Of a stretch of 25,666 nt of DNA, positions 15,178 through 24,391 are shown one piece after another. The position numbers and the translations under genes are program-made. The stretch is from positions 1 to 25,666 of IMG/VR virus record IMGVR_UViG_3300023213_000554, one strand, 5' to 3'. The notes below the pieces were generated by a model that worked only from the letters and a program-made list of their open reading frames with translations, had not been told where the DNA came from and did not search any database. How positions within the stretch are numbered: the first letter of the stretch is position 1; each line of letters begins with the position of its first letter. Origin of the DNA: a virus (taxonomy: Duplodnaviria; Caudoviricetes).

Positions 15178-17265
15178 TTAGAATTCCTCGTATTTGATAA
15201 CGAACGTCGTAGCAGAGCCAGCACCGAGGTTGTTTTGAATGACGTAGTTCGTTCCGTTCCAATAAACGTTTATCTTGTTCGCGGTGTTGGCCACATTCGT
15301 GAAGACCACTGAGCCATCTTCATATGGACCGTCAACGAATCGAGCCCCGAGGAGTCCGCGCAACCAGAAACGAGCAACTCCACCAAAGGCACCATTGGCA
15401 ATCCAGATGGTGGCCCCACCGTTCAGGGGGGTTGGGAGGATAAACGTAGTCGCATTTGGAATTGTGAAAGTATTTGTGGCACTACCAGTCAACTGGCTTG
15501 TATTTCGATAGATGGTAGGGATTGGAGTTGCGGATGCATCTACGAGCCCAGTGTTCATTCGCTCAAATTCTTTGAAGCCTCGAATTAGTACTGTTTCCGT
15601 GCCGGTGATGTCTGGGATGTTCAACTGGTCCATGAAGTTATCTTTCCAGATACCATTGATTTTGTAGCTGCCTCCAAGGCCGGTAGCCGTGTTCTTGAAA
15701 CGAGTGCTGGCGGCATTGGTGGTCACGGGCACGCCGAAGAATGTGTTCTCGGTGACGAAAAGTCCGTTCCAGGCAAAGCCTTCAATGCTGGTCACGAAGC
15801 CAGCAAGTCTATTTCTCTTGAGGTAAACCACGCCTGGGTTTGCAGCCGTCGAACCGACTTGGATACAGGTATTGGCGTGCGTGGCATCGTCATTGCTTTC
15901 AAAGTAGTTATCCGAGATGTAATAGGGGCCAGAGCTGAATCCTTGAATCGACATGCCGAATCCACCACTAAATTGTGGAGTTGCTTCAGCAAAGCCTTCA
16001 ATCACGCAATCGCGGACGACAAGTAACCCAACTCCTCCAACAGCACCGTTCCCGACTTGAACACCGGTCGCAAAGTTTTCGATGGTACAACGTTGGACAA
16101 ACATTGCTGTGGTAGTCGCATTGGCAATATCACCTAACCAGAGTCCGACACTGCCAGTTGGTATCGCAATGTAATTGTGGAAGTGGATATCTCGGAAGGT
16201 TGACTGCTGGCAGCGGGCAATGAGGGCGAATTTGAAATTGTAGCCAGCACACTTCTCGATGTAAACCCAGCCTGGGATGTTGCCACCCGAGGCTATCGTG
16301 TTCCCGACGAGCATTGCTGTCATGCCGGTGGCGGTGCCGCTGTCGAAGGTGATGCCGCGGATGGACTGCGCCAGACCAAGGTTGGGGTTGGCAAAGCTTT
16401 GCATGATTCCAACCATGAAGCTATTGTTTGCGCCTACCCATTTGAGCATTGCCCTCGAGGTTGGTTGCACCGTGGCGATAAAGCCGATGCCTCCCGGATA
16501 AGGGCCGATGAGTTGCGCCTGGTCTTCATCGATTCGAATCGGAGCCGACAGATTCAAAAAGGCGCTGGGCAAAAGCTGGAGGATAGTACTGTACTTGATG
16601 AAAACCGGGTTGGAAATCAGATACGTTCCAGCTGGAACATGCACGATAGTCCCAGGGCCGCTGAGCAAGGCGTTGTTGAAGGCCGTGGAACTGTCAGCAT
16701 TGCCGGTCGGGTCCGCGCCATAATCCAAGACGCTCTTGTAGCTGCCGGAAGCCGGGACATCGGATTGACTCAAAACCCTCCAACCCGTGGTAGAGTTAGT
16801 AGAAAGAAGAGTGAGAAATGCTCCATTGAAGCTCAGGGACCTGGAACCGATGAGACCATCAAAGAGTTCGAGGCCGTTTGCCACGACTGTGACGTTGTTG
16901 TTCCCGGCAATCCTCTTAATGCTGTAGACCTTGCCTGAGGCCACCGCGGCTGCCGACGGCAGGGTAATGGTTATCGGACCGGATGTGGAATCAACGTGGA
17001 CGAAGGAAGAATCGCTTAGCGTCAAGCTGCTGGTGACGACCTGAATCGGAGATGAGAAACCGGCTCCATTCAGGATGTGCAGGGCATTGCTGCCTCCGCT
17101 GGGCTTTGCGGCCAGCGGGTGCACAACGGATTGAATGTCCAAAAGCGCAGACGTTACCTGATTGAATTCAGAGGCAAGTAGGGTCTCATTTGGCGGAGCC
17201 GTGGGCGCACCGGAGTCAACCTTGGTACCTGGTACTCCTAAAATGTCGTCAAGAAAGTTTGCCAT
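15178..17265 (-). CDS. tailspike / polysaccharide depolymerase (pectate-lyase-like right-handed beta-helix)
   Basis: SVLDYGADPTGNADSSTAFNNAL...VHVPAGTYLI cap motif followed by Asn/Cys-ladder beta-helix repeats (IRGITFD, VQRCTIEN, ISDNYFE). N-terminal VDSTSGPITITLPSA fibre module. GAGGA SD. Confidence 0.85.
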   Translation of the reverse strand: MANFLDDILGVPGTKVDSGAPTAPPNETLLASEFNQVTSALLDIQSVVHPLAAKPSGGSNALHILNGAGFSSPIQVVTSSLTLSDSSFVHVDSTSGPITITLPSAAAVASGKVYSIKRIAGNNNVTVVANGLELFDGLIGSRSLSFNGAFLTLLSTNSTTGWRVLSQSDVPASGSYKSVLDYGADPTGNADSSTAFNNALLSGPGTIVHVPAGTYLISNPVFIKYSTILQLLPSAFLNLSAPIRIDEDQAQLIGPYPGGIGFIATVQPTSRAMLKWVGANNSFMVGIMQSFANPNLGLAQSIRGITFDSGTATGMTAMLVGNTIASGGNIPGWVYIEKCAGYNFKFALIARCQQSTFRDIHFHNYIAIPTGSVGLWLGDIANATTTAMFVQRCTIENFATGVQVGNGAVGGVGLLVVRDCVIEGFAEATPQFSGGFGMSIQGFSSGPYYISDNYFESNDDATHANTCIQVGSTAANPGVVYLKRNRLAGFVTSIEGFAWNGLFVTENTFFGVPVTTNAASTRFKNTATGLGGSYKINGIWKDNFMDQLNIPDITGTETVLIRGFKEFERMNTGLVDASATPIPTIYRNTSQLTGSATNTFTIPNATTFILPTPLNGGATIWIANGAFGGVARFWLRGLLGARFVDGPYEDGSVVFTNVANTANKINVYWNGTNYVIQNNLGAGSATTFVIKYEEF

Positions 17266-17274
17266 GATTTCCTC

Positions 17275-18471
17275 TTAGAATGTCACCAGATAGACAGAAC
17301 TCAGTTGGGTCGGAAACAAAAGTGCATTCTGGGCCTTGCCACCGGTAATGCGGAGGAAAGAGCTGAGTCCGAGGCTGCCACTGAATATTTTCACCCTTGC
17401 TCCTGTTCCTTGTGATGGGTCAACGAAGGGAATCGCAAAGGCCTTGGTACCTTGAACTCTCAAGGCCCTGGTAATGGCCGCTGCAACCTCGTTGGCCCTT
17501 GCAAATTGAATCTGGCTAAAGTCGCTATCATGGAAGATTACCTGTACTGTGATTCTTTCATCGACGAGAATCTGCAGGTCATCCCCATCATTGAGGGCAT
17601 ATAGCTCCGGGGCGGTAGTAACCGCATGGGCCCTCAGGGCATCGGAACCATAGAATACTTCTAGGATTTCCAGTATGGCCTCGGTGACCACCTTCTTGGT
17701 CTTGGTCTTGATGGCCAATTTCCTGAAAGTGTCATCGGTGATGCCGACGTTAACCGGCTGTTGGACGCGAAAGTCTGCGGCTCTCCGGGCCAGGTAGATG
17801 CCGCTGGCGCTACTGATGAACAGCTGGTCGAAAATGCTAGAGGCGTTGTTAAAGTTGGTCTGGTCCCCGGTGGCCAATGCCGCGATGAGAGCATCGGTGC
17901 TCGGCCCTTTGATGGCTGGATTCAGATGCTTGCGGATGATATCCGAAGGGGTGTCACTGACTGAGCCCAAACTGACCGTGGAGGTTGGGCCAATGCTGGT
18001 AACTGTAAAGCTAGCCGAGAATGGAGCCGTTAACGGGGTGCCGACTTCTGTCTGAATGTTTTTTGCGGTTATTGTCCAGGTTCCCAACGGCAGGGTAGCC
18101 GACAAGGACAGGTCTATGCTCTGGGGGTCCGTAACTACGAGAGATGTAGCCAGGAGCAGTGGAGCCGTGGTTGGGCCCGTGAGCGTGTAATTGGCAAGGT
18201 TCAGAGCATCATTCGGCCCGATATTGCTGACGCTGAGCGGTGGGGTGCTGAACCTGACTCTGATTTCGCCGGTAGTCAGCGGGATGGCGTTAACAAGGCT
18301 CAGAGCTGGGAAAATGTCCAGGCCCTGGCCCATGCCATGAGTTAGGGCTGCTTGGTTGGAGCCAAAGCCCTTGATTATCATCTTGGGGCTGTTCGGCTGT
18401 GGAGTTACGGTGACGCCCTGCCAAGGCCACTGCAAGCTAGGCCAGCCGGGGTTGAGAATCAAGGGAAGCAT
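17275..18471 (-). CDS. baseplate wedge protein, gpI/gp7-like (probable N-terminal half)
   Basis: 398 aa, directly after the baseplate-J gene, GGAGG SD. Ig-like domain, then LFISSASGIYLARRAADFRVQQP..ITDDTFRKL..AILEILEVFYG, a pattern resembling P2 gpI/DUF2612-type wedges. Confidence 0.65.
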   Translation of the reverse strand: MLPLILNPGWPSLQWPWQGVTVTPQPNSPKMIIKGFGSNQAALTHGMGQGLDIFPALSLVNAIPLTTGEIRVRFSTPPLSVSNIGPNDALNLANYTLTGPTTAPLLLATSLVVTDPQSIDLSLSATLPLGTWTITAKNIQTEVGTPLTAPFSASFTVTSIGPTSTVSLGSVSDTPSDIIRKHLNPAIKGPSTDALIAALATGDQTNFNNASSIFDQLFISSASGIYLARRAADFRVQQPVNVGITDDTFRKLAIKTKTKKVVTEAILEILEVFYGSDALRAHAVTTAPELYALNDGDDLQILVDERITVQVIFHDSDFSQIQFARANEVAAAITRALRVQGTKAFAIPFVDPSQGTGARVKIFSGSLGLSSFLRITGGKAQNALLFPTQLSSVYLVTF

Positions 18472-18483
18472 GCATTACCTCCC

Positions 18484-21400
18484 TTAGGTGCCAACCAACG
18501 AAACCAGGACGTCTGTATCAACATTGAGGACCAGCGTTTTGACGAACGGCTGAACGCTGATAAGGTCCGAGCCCGCGGCAAACGTTGGACTGAGGATAGT
18601 TACTGCCGTGACTCCACTGACGGCTCCCGCCGCGGTGACGATGTCGCTGAGGGCAACCGGTTGGCCAATTTTCTGATTATTGATGACCGCAGCCACGGCA
18701 GACTTCACCTTATTGATAATATCCGTAGTCGAGACCCCGGACCGGACCCTAACCTGCAAGGAAATAGTGGTTCTCTGAACCAATGGACCGCTGATGTTAA
18801 CCAATGCCCCCGCGGCGATGATTCCCGGGAATGAGGCCGGGTCGCTTGGGTCACCGTAGGCAACCTTGTTCGCCTGACCGATGAGGCCCACGACGTGGCT
18901 GTAGCCGTCAATGCCCGTGGCCAAGGTCGTCGGGAAATTGAGCTTGTCCAGGGCCCTGATGAGGGTGCCGCTATTGGCGCTGATTTTGGTGAAATACGAT
19001 TGAGTCGTGAACTTGATGTCCGAAAGGGTTCCGTTGGATTGATTCGGACTGATGGCCTGAATCTGTTTGATGAAACGGGTTGCCGCGGATTCAATGACCT
19101 GAACCAGAGTAGAGTTGGCCCCGAGAGCCGCAACGGCTCCCTGTGGAGTTGTGGCTCTTGCAGTTACGGAAACCGTGAAGAACCATTGGTTGGTTGGGTC
19201 GATGCTGACAACAATCCAGGTACCGATGTTGTTTATCCCCCAGACCGGCGTATTAATGACCAGAGAATCGCCAGGGATGATACTGTTGTACTTGACGAAC
19301 TTCAGGTTGGCGATGACCGCAGAGGCCTCCATTGCCGCGGGGTTATCAATCCAGAAAATGTTGTTGGTGATGTCTACTCGAATGACCCTAAAGGTTCCGG
19401 TGTTGACGCTACTCAATGATGGGTCCGTGCCGCTGATGATGACCCAGTCGCCTTCCGAGATACCGGTCAGGTTCGGAGCCGTGCCAGCCTGAGTCCAAAC
19501 CCAAGCCACGAAAGCTCCTTGTTTTTCGACCTGCCAAGTGAAACCATTGATTGGAGCAGCACCTGTATTTGCCCAGGTCCAGGCCTTGGTACCGGTGTTA
19601 TTGAAGGTAAAATTACCCAGAGCATCAATGCTGGTCAGGGTCGTGTTGGCGTCGATGACATCCTTGGGGATGGGCTTGGAATTCTCGACGCTGACCCACA
19701 TTTTTGCACTCAAGTTCAAGGCGTCCGTGGCATTGATACTGGCCACTGCAAACTGTGAACCTACTCCAACAGCCGAGCCCACAACTGCGGAGCTTGCTGA
19801 ATTGGCCCCACCGTCTTGGACCAGGACGCTGCCGCCCGAGCCCAGTGTCAAGGATGCAATCTGTGGCGAGAAGCCCTGATTGGCAGCACTGACCTCGGCA
19901 GCAGCGAAGAGCCCACCGACGGCGCTATTGTTCAGGTAATTGACGATGTTCAGGGCCGTGATTGGTACCAGGCGAACGTCTTCGTTCAACCAGTCACTGT
20001 TTGTGGCCAGGGCAGCTGAGACAGCATCCTTGAGTGTGAAGGAGTAATCAGTATTCGTGTCAGGAGGTACGTTCGTGGACAGAACGTAATTGACTCCATC
20101 TGTCATCTGAAACCAGGGGTTCGGGGCCACGTTGCCGTTGCCGTTCGGCGAGGCCTCGTAGCTGGCAAAGAAAATCTGGCCATTGTTGCTGACACCGTTT
20201 CCGACCGCTACGCCGGTAATGGGGACGATACTGTTAGCAACCGCGGCAAGGTTGTTGACTGCGGTGACAATCTGCGAGATTTGGTTGTTACTACTGTCGA
20301 TTGGGTAGAAACTCAGGCCCGAAACCAATGTGACTGGATACCAGGTCAAGGTCGTACTGATGGCCCCGCCATTGGGAGTGTCTGCAGTCCAGAATTGATT
20401 CCCGATGGTCTTGATGTTGATGGTTTGCTGCAAGGCCACCGGCAAACCTGTGGTCGGGCCTGCGTGGAATATGTCGTTGACCACGACATTGCTACCCTGC
20501 AGGGTAACCTGGCCGGCAGTATCAAAGCTGACCGTTCCAATATTGGGAGTCGCTCCAACTGCCGGTCCGGTTTCCGTATATGTTATTGTCGTGGCTGTGA
20601 CGCTGGTGATTGTAAAGACGCCGGTACTGAAAGCAACGTTGGTGCTATTGACGAAAATCTGATTTGGAGCAACGAGGCCGTGATTGGTTATTGAGCCGGG
20701 GAGAGTAAGAGTTAGTGTTGTGTTGTTTGCACCGTCTCGGCTGGCACTGGAGATTGGGAATCCAAGGACATAGATGACAGAGAATAGATTCGTTCCACCG
20801 CTGAGGCTTTGGAATGTGGCTCCAATCATGGAGCTGTTTCTGATGGTAAAGCCGGTCCGAGCCGCAGCCGAGGGCAAGCGGATGGTGACATTTACGTTCC
20901 CGTCGCTGAACGTATCAGTGACAACTGAAACGGGGCTCGAGGCCGCGACCGGGTAATTGTACGCAACTCTGGCTATGTTACCGTCGGGACCGGTACGGAC
21001 ATATCGCCACAAGGCCGTTGTGGTGTTATCAGCCCCGGAAGGAACTGTGGCCTTGACTCTGCCATGCATGAACACAGCGAAGTCAGTCCAGTCAAAGGGA
21101 GTGCCAAACGCTGTGGACAGAGGCTTGTTGGCATTATCCGCGTCCTTGATGGCAACGCTGGCTCCATATGTGCTGGATGCGGGCTTGCCACGGCGGAACA
21201 TATTCGGAACGAATCTCTTACTGATATTGTCCCCGTCGACGATGACCGCAAGAGTACTTTGGCCGTTAATGGCGAAGGATGCCGCAGCATAGAACCTATC
21301 CTGAGGCAGCCATTCCCCCTGCACAGGCGAACGCCTGGTTGTGACGGTTGTCCCAGAAAGTTGCTGTACGGCGCTAGTAAAGGCTGATTTCCCCCAGCGA

Positions 21401-24345
21401 CCGGCTAGGTAACTTCCGTTTACTGAAGTCGCAGAACCACCCAGAGAACCGGTGATGGTTTCCCCGGCAATGAAGGTACCGCTTCGACCGGAAAGAAACA
21501 ACGTTCCGGTGACCCCGCTGTTATTGTTTGCCACAATGGTAGCGGTCGCTCCACTAGTCCCGCCAGTGAGAATACCTCCTGTAACGAAGGCGACGGTTTG
21601 GGCACTGTAGTCGATGGCGTCATCGCCAAGGTCCTTTCTCGAGGCAATTTGTGCCTCGCTGAAGATGGCTCCCAGGCTGCTGACCGTGAATTGATTTGAA
21701 GCCAAGGCCGTGGCAACAGAATTCATGCTGAACGGTGGGGTGCCGACTTCCTTGGTGGCTGCCTGCACTGATGCCAGATGACTGCTCAAGTTCGTAACAG
21801 CATTGCCTACCGCCAGAGTTATCTTCTGGGCCTCGACGTTGGTTGCTACCAGGGCGATGTCGCCACTTGTCGAGAAAGTATTGGTTCTGACCCTGAGAAT
21901 GTTGGTCCTGAAGATAACCGCGGTGGCACCAACCAGCTGCAGGTTGATGCTTGCAGCCAATGAGACAGCTGTGTAATTGTTGGCTACAGGGATTGTGACC
22001 CGCTGCAGTCGAGCCAGGGTATTGACGATGAACAGGCCACCGCTAGCCAAGGTGATGGAAGTCTGCGGCGAGGACCAGGTCGTCGGTCTCTCTATCTCAA
22101 TGAAGAAACCCAGAGGGTCAACGTTAGCCACTCGCCAAGCACCTTGGTTAGCGGCCAACAGGTTCGCGTCATTGAAGATTGCCCAATGGCCTGGCTTGGC
22201 ATTGATGAAGACCGCGGATGTAGCAGAGATTCGAACTCTCTTGCCCCAGGACAGAGTTGCTATCGAGGCTATGGTGACAATCGTCGAAGCGTTGATGCCG
22301 GTCTTGACTACTTGCGCGGCCCCATCCACAACAAACCAAAGGTCCGCCGAGTTCAAGATGTTGATTGTTGTGATTGGCGAAGACTGCACGAAGGCTCGGG
22401 TGTTCGGTGTCCCGGCAGTAAGCCGGTCCAGGACTGCCAGGACATTGGCGTTGGACAATCGAAGCTGGCCAAGGTTGCGGTCCAATGTATAGTCGCTGGT
22501 CAAGCCTGTTACAGACGTTGCGGCAAACATGCCTTTGCTGACCAAAGTGCCACCGGTAATATTGATGCTGGCTCTGCTGTTGGCCTGGAGGTTGCTCACT
22601 AGATTCAGGAGCCCGGCCTGGGCGCTGGCGGTAATGCCTGGGATTTTGATATTGAAAACCGATGCCCAGCTGGTTACCGTGTTTGCGTTGGAGAGAGTAT
22701 TAAAGCCCGTACCGGCGTTGATGAAGTCTGCATCCGTGAAGGTAACGGTACCGGGCAGAGGAGTACCGTCCACGGTCAGAATCAGGGTCTCACCGCTGGA
22801 CATCGTCCCCCAGAGACTCTGCGGATTGCTGTTGACTGTGGCGATGAGCCCATCCTTGAAGAGGAGCTTGTCGTTTTTGTACAGTCTCAGGGTGTCTGTA
22901 CGGCCGGCCGGAAATCCAAGGATTATGTTGGCATCGATGTCGCTACCGCCTGGGGGCAGGACTTCAACGTCCTCGTTGGTATCTGTCCTGCTGAAGACCA
23001 CGACCTGGGTGCCGCCGTTGGCTGTTCTGGCATTGAAGCCAATGGTTGCGTCAGCATTGATGCTAGACACAACCTCAAAGGCACTGGCGTTGTTGATGGC
23101 CCTGAAGTCGGTAGTGTTGAAAACATGCTTGGTGATGACCCCGCCGCTACGAACGGCAAGTTTGGAGCCGGAGGCGAGATTGTACGGAGCCGAGACGCTG
23201 CTCAAGCTGAAGGCCTTGGCCACAGGCTTAGTCGCTGCCAGGGCGAAGAACTGCTCGCCACCGATGGCTTGGTCAACCAGAGTCTCAAAGGCTACTCCTG
23301 CATCTTTCTCCTCATAGCCGGTGCCGTCGTCGATGAAGAGGATAGCCGGTAGGCCCTGCGGAGAAATCAGAGAGGCACTGATGACTCTCTTGTTCTCATC
23401 TGTGGCGGTAATCCCGGTGACACCGGTAATGATAGCCAAGGGAGTGCCCTTGGACCTCGAGGCACGAACCGCACGGATAGCTTCACGATAGGTGTTGTCG
23501 TCTTCCTCAGCTTGGCCATTGACAAAGGGAGTTGGGTTGGTAACCGTGGCTCCGATGAAAGGCAATGACACGAAGGAGTTAATGGCTCCTGCCGAAACAT
23601 TCCCGATGACGCCGTTCTGTTGGGCGATGACAGTAATCCCGGAGACTTGAGTTTCTCCGTCCGGGATGGTAGCCGAGAATTGAGTTGAGAATTGAACGCT
23701 GGTATTGATATTCGACAGAGCTGTCTGTACCAGGGTGCCCGCGGGGACGCTTCGATTGCCGCCCTGGGAGAGGGTAACTGCTTCCCCGAGGTTATGAAAC
23801 TTCTGTGTCTGAAAGCCACTGACCAAGTTGATGGTCGCGAAGCTACCGTTGTCATCAATGCGGTTATAGGACAGTGGTCCTTCGAGATTGACGGTCCCAC
23901 GGCCTATGAAGATGGCACCGGCCTGCGCTGGACCCGGATTCTGACCGGCAACAAAGCCGGGAAAGCCCACGGCACTGGTAACAAAAATCTGAGAACTGCC
24001 GACAATAGGGGCTGGCTGGCCCTGGAAAATCTTGGTTGAAATCTTGGTAAAGGAAGTATCGGTGACCGTTATGAGGCCGCTCGACGGTGATTCCTTGGTC
24101 CTGGGCCGGTCTTCGTCGGCACCGATGCGGTCAAGAGCTAGGCCCTCGGCTCGGTCCAGGCTCGTGGAGTCAAGAAGCTGAAAAAAGTCTTGGCTTGCCC
24201 TCAAGTCCGATTGAGATGCAGCCTCGAGTATTGCCAGGGTCGGTGAGGGAACACGAATGTTCGGAAACCCTAGCCTTGATAGGAGGGCATCAACTTGGTC
24301 CCCCAGTATCTGGGAGAAGCTTCTTGGGACCGGCACGGTTGCCAT
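18484..24345 (-). CDS. giant baseplate J-like (T4 gp6 / P2 gpJ) wedge protein
   Basis: 1953 aa. The N-terminus has SFSQIL, AEGLALDRIG, GVIGNVSAGAI, VTNPTPFVNGQAEEDDNTYRE, GTPLAI. The C-terminus has VKSAVAAVINNQKIGQPVALSDIV..VSGV. Confidence 0.88.
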   Translation of the reverse strand: MATVPVPRSFSQILGDQVDALLSRLGFPNIRVPSPTLAILEAASQSDLRASQDFFQLLDSTSLDRAEGLALDRIGADEDRPRTKESPSSGLITVTDTSFTKISTKIFQGQPAPIVGSSQIFVTSAVGFPGFVAGQNPGPAQAGAIFIGRGTVNLEGPLSYNRIDDNGSFATINLVSGFQTQKFHNLGEAVTLSQGGNRSVPAGTLVQTALSNINTSVQFSTQFSATIPDGETQVSGITVIAQQNGVIGNVSAGAINSFVSLPFIGATVTNPTPFVNGQAEEDDNTYREAIRAVRASRSKGTPLAIITGVTGITATDENKRVISASLISPQGLPAILFIDDGTGYEEKDAGVAFETLVDQAIGGEQFFALAATKPVAKAFSLSSVSAPYNLASGSKLAVRSGGVITKHVFNTTDFRAINNASAFEVVSSINADATIGFNARTANGGTQVVVFSRTDTNEDVEVLPPGGSDIDANIILGFPAGRTDTLRLYKNDKLLFKDGLIATVNSNPQSLWGTMSSGETLILTVDGTPLPGTVTFTDADFINAGTGFNTLSNANTVTSWASVFNIKIPGITASAQAGLLNLVSNLQANSRASINITGGTLVSKGMFAATSVTGLTSDYTLDRNLGQLRLSNANVLAVLDRLTAGTPNTRAFVQSSPITTINILNSADLWFVVDGAAQVVKTGINASTIVTIASIATLSWGKRVRISATSAVFINAKPGHWAIFNDANLLAANQGAWRVANVDPLGFFIEIERPTTWSSPQTSITLASGGLFIVNTLARLQRVTIPVANNYTAVSLAASINLQLVGATAVIFRTNILRVRTNTFSTSGDIALVATNVEAQKITLAVGNAVTNLSSHLASVQAATKEVGTPPFSMNSVATALASNQFTVSSLGAIFSEAQIASRKDLGDDAIDYSAQTVAFVTGGILTGGTSGATATIVANNNSGVTGTLFLSGRSGTFIAGETITGSLGGSATSVNGSYLAGRWGKSAFTSAVQQLSGTTVTTRRSPVQGEWLPQDRFYAAASFAINGQSTLAVIVDGDNISKRFVPNMFRRGKPASSTYGASVAIKDADNANKPLSTAFGTPFDWTDFAVFMHGRVKATVPSGADNTTTALWRYVRTGPDGNIARVAYNYPVAASSPVSVVTDTFSDGNVNVTIRLPSAAARTGFTIRNSSMIGATFQSLSGGTNLFSVIYVLGFPISSASRDGANNTTLTLTLPGSITNHGLVAPNQIFVNSTNVAFSTGVFTITSVTATTITYTETGPAVGATPNIGTVSFDTAGQVTLQGSNVVVNDIFHAGPTTGLPVALQQTINIKTIGNQFWTADTPNGGAISTTLTWYPVTLVSGLSFYPIDSSNNQISQIVTAVNNLAAVANSIVPITGVAVGNGVSNNGQIFFASYEASPNGNGNVAPNPWFQMTDGVNYVLSTNVPPDTNTDYSFTLKDAVSAALATNSDWLNEDVRLVPITALNIVNYLNNSAVGGLFAAAEVSAANQGFSPQIASLTLGSGGSVLVQDGGANSASSAVVGSAVGVGSQFAVASINATDALNLSAKMWVSVENSKPIPKDVIDANTTLTSIDALGNFTFNNTGTKAWTWANTGAAPINGFTWQVEKQGAFVAWVWTQAGTAPNLTGISEGDWVIISGTDPSLSSVNTGTFRVIRVDITNNIFWIDNPAAMEASAVIANLKFVKYNSIIPGDSLVINTPVWGINNIGTWIVVSIDPTNQWFFTVSVTARATTPQGAVAALGANSTLVQVIESAATRFIKQIQAISPNQSNGTLSDIKFTTQSYFTKISANSGTLIRALDKLNFPTTLATGIDGYSHVVGLIGQANKVAYGDPSDPASFPGIIAAGALVNISGPLVQRTTISLQVRVRSGVSTTDIINKVKSAVAAVINNQKIGQPVALSDIVTAAGAVSGVTAVTILSPTFAAGSDLISVQPFVKTLVLNVDTDVLVSLVGT

Positions 24346-24361
24346 AGAGTACTTTCAGGGT

Positions 24362-24378
24362 TTTAGCCAGTGGCTAAA
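24362..24378. repeat. perfect 8-bp inverted repeat in the leader of the baseplate-J gene
   Basis: TTTAGCCA-G-TGGCTAAA. Confidence 0.7.
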
Positions 24379-24381
24379 GAT

Positions 24382-24391
24382 AAGATTGCGC
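24382..24391 (-). promoter_or_regulatory. GCGCAATCTT motif (candidate late promoter), copy 3
   Basis: Immediately after the stop at 24392 and 36 nt before ATG 24345. Confidence 0.5.

Noticed and set aside
7460-17265. Diversity-generating retroelement or shufflon acting on fibre genes
   Set aside because: No reverse transcriptase or invertase and no near-identical TR/VR pair noticed by eye. A self dot-plot would be decisive.
13331-17274. Intron, intein or invertible/mobile element as the cause of the split gene
   Set aside because: I see no intein termini, terminal repeats, recombinase or intron-like non-coding RNA. The interval is filled by three ordinary coupled genes.
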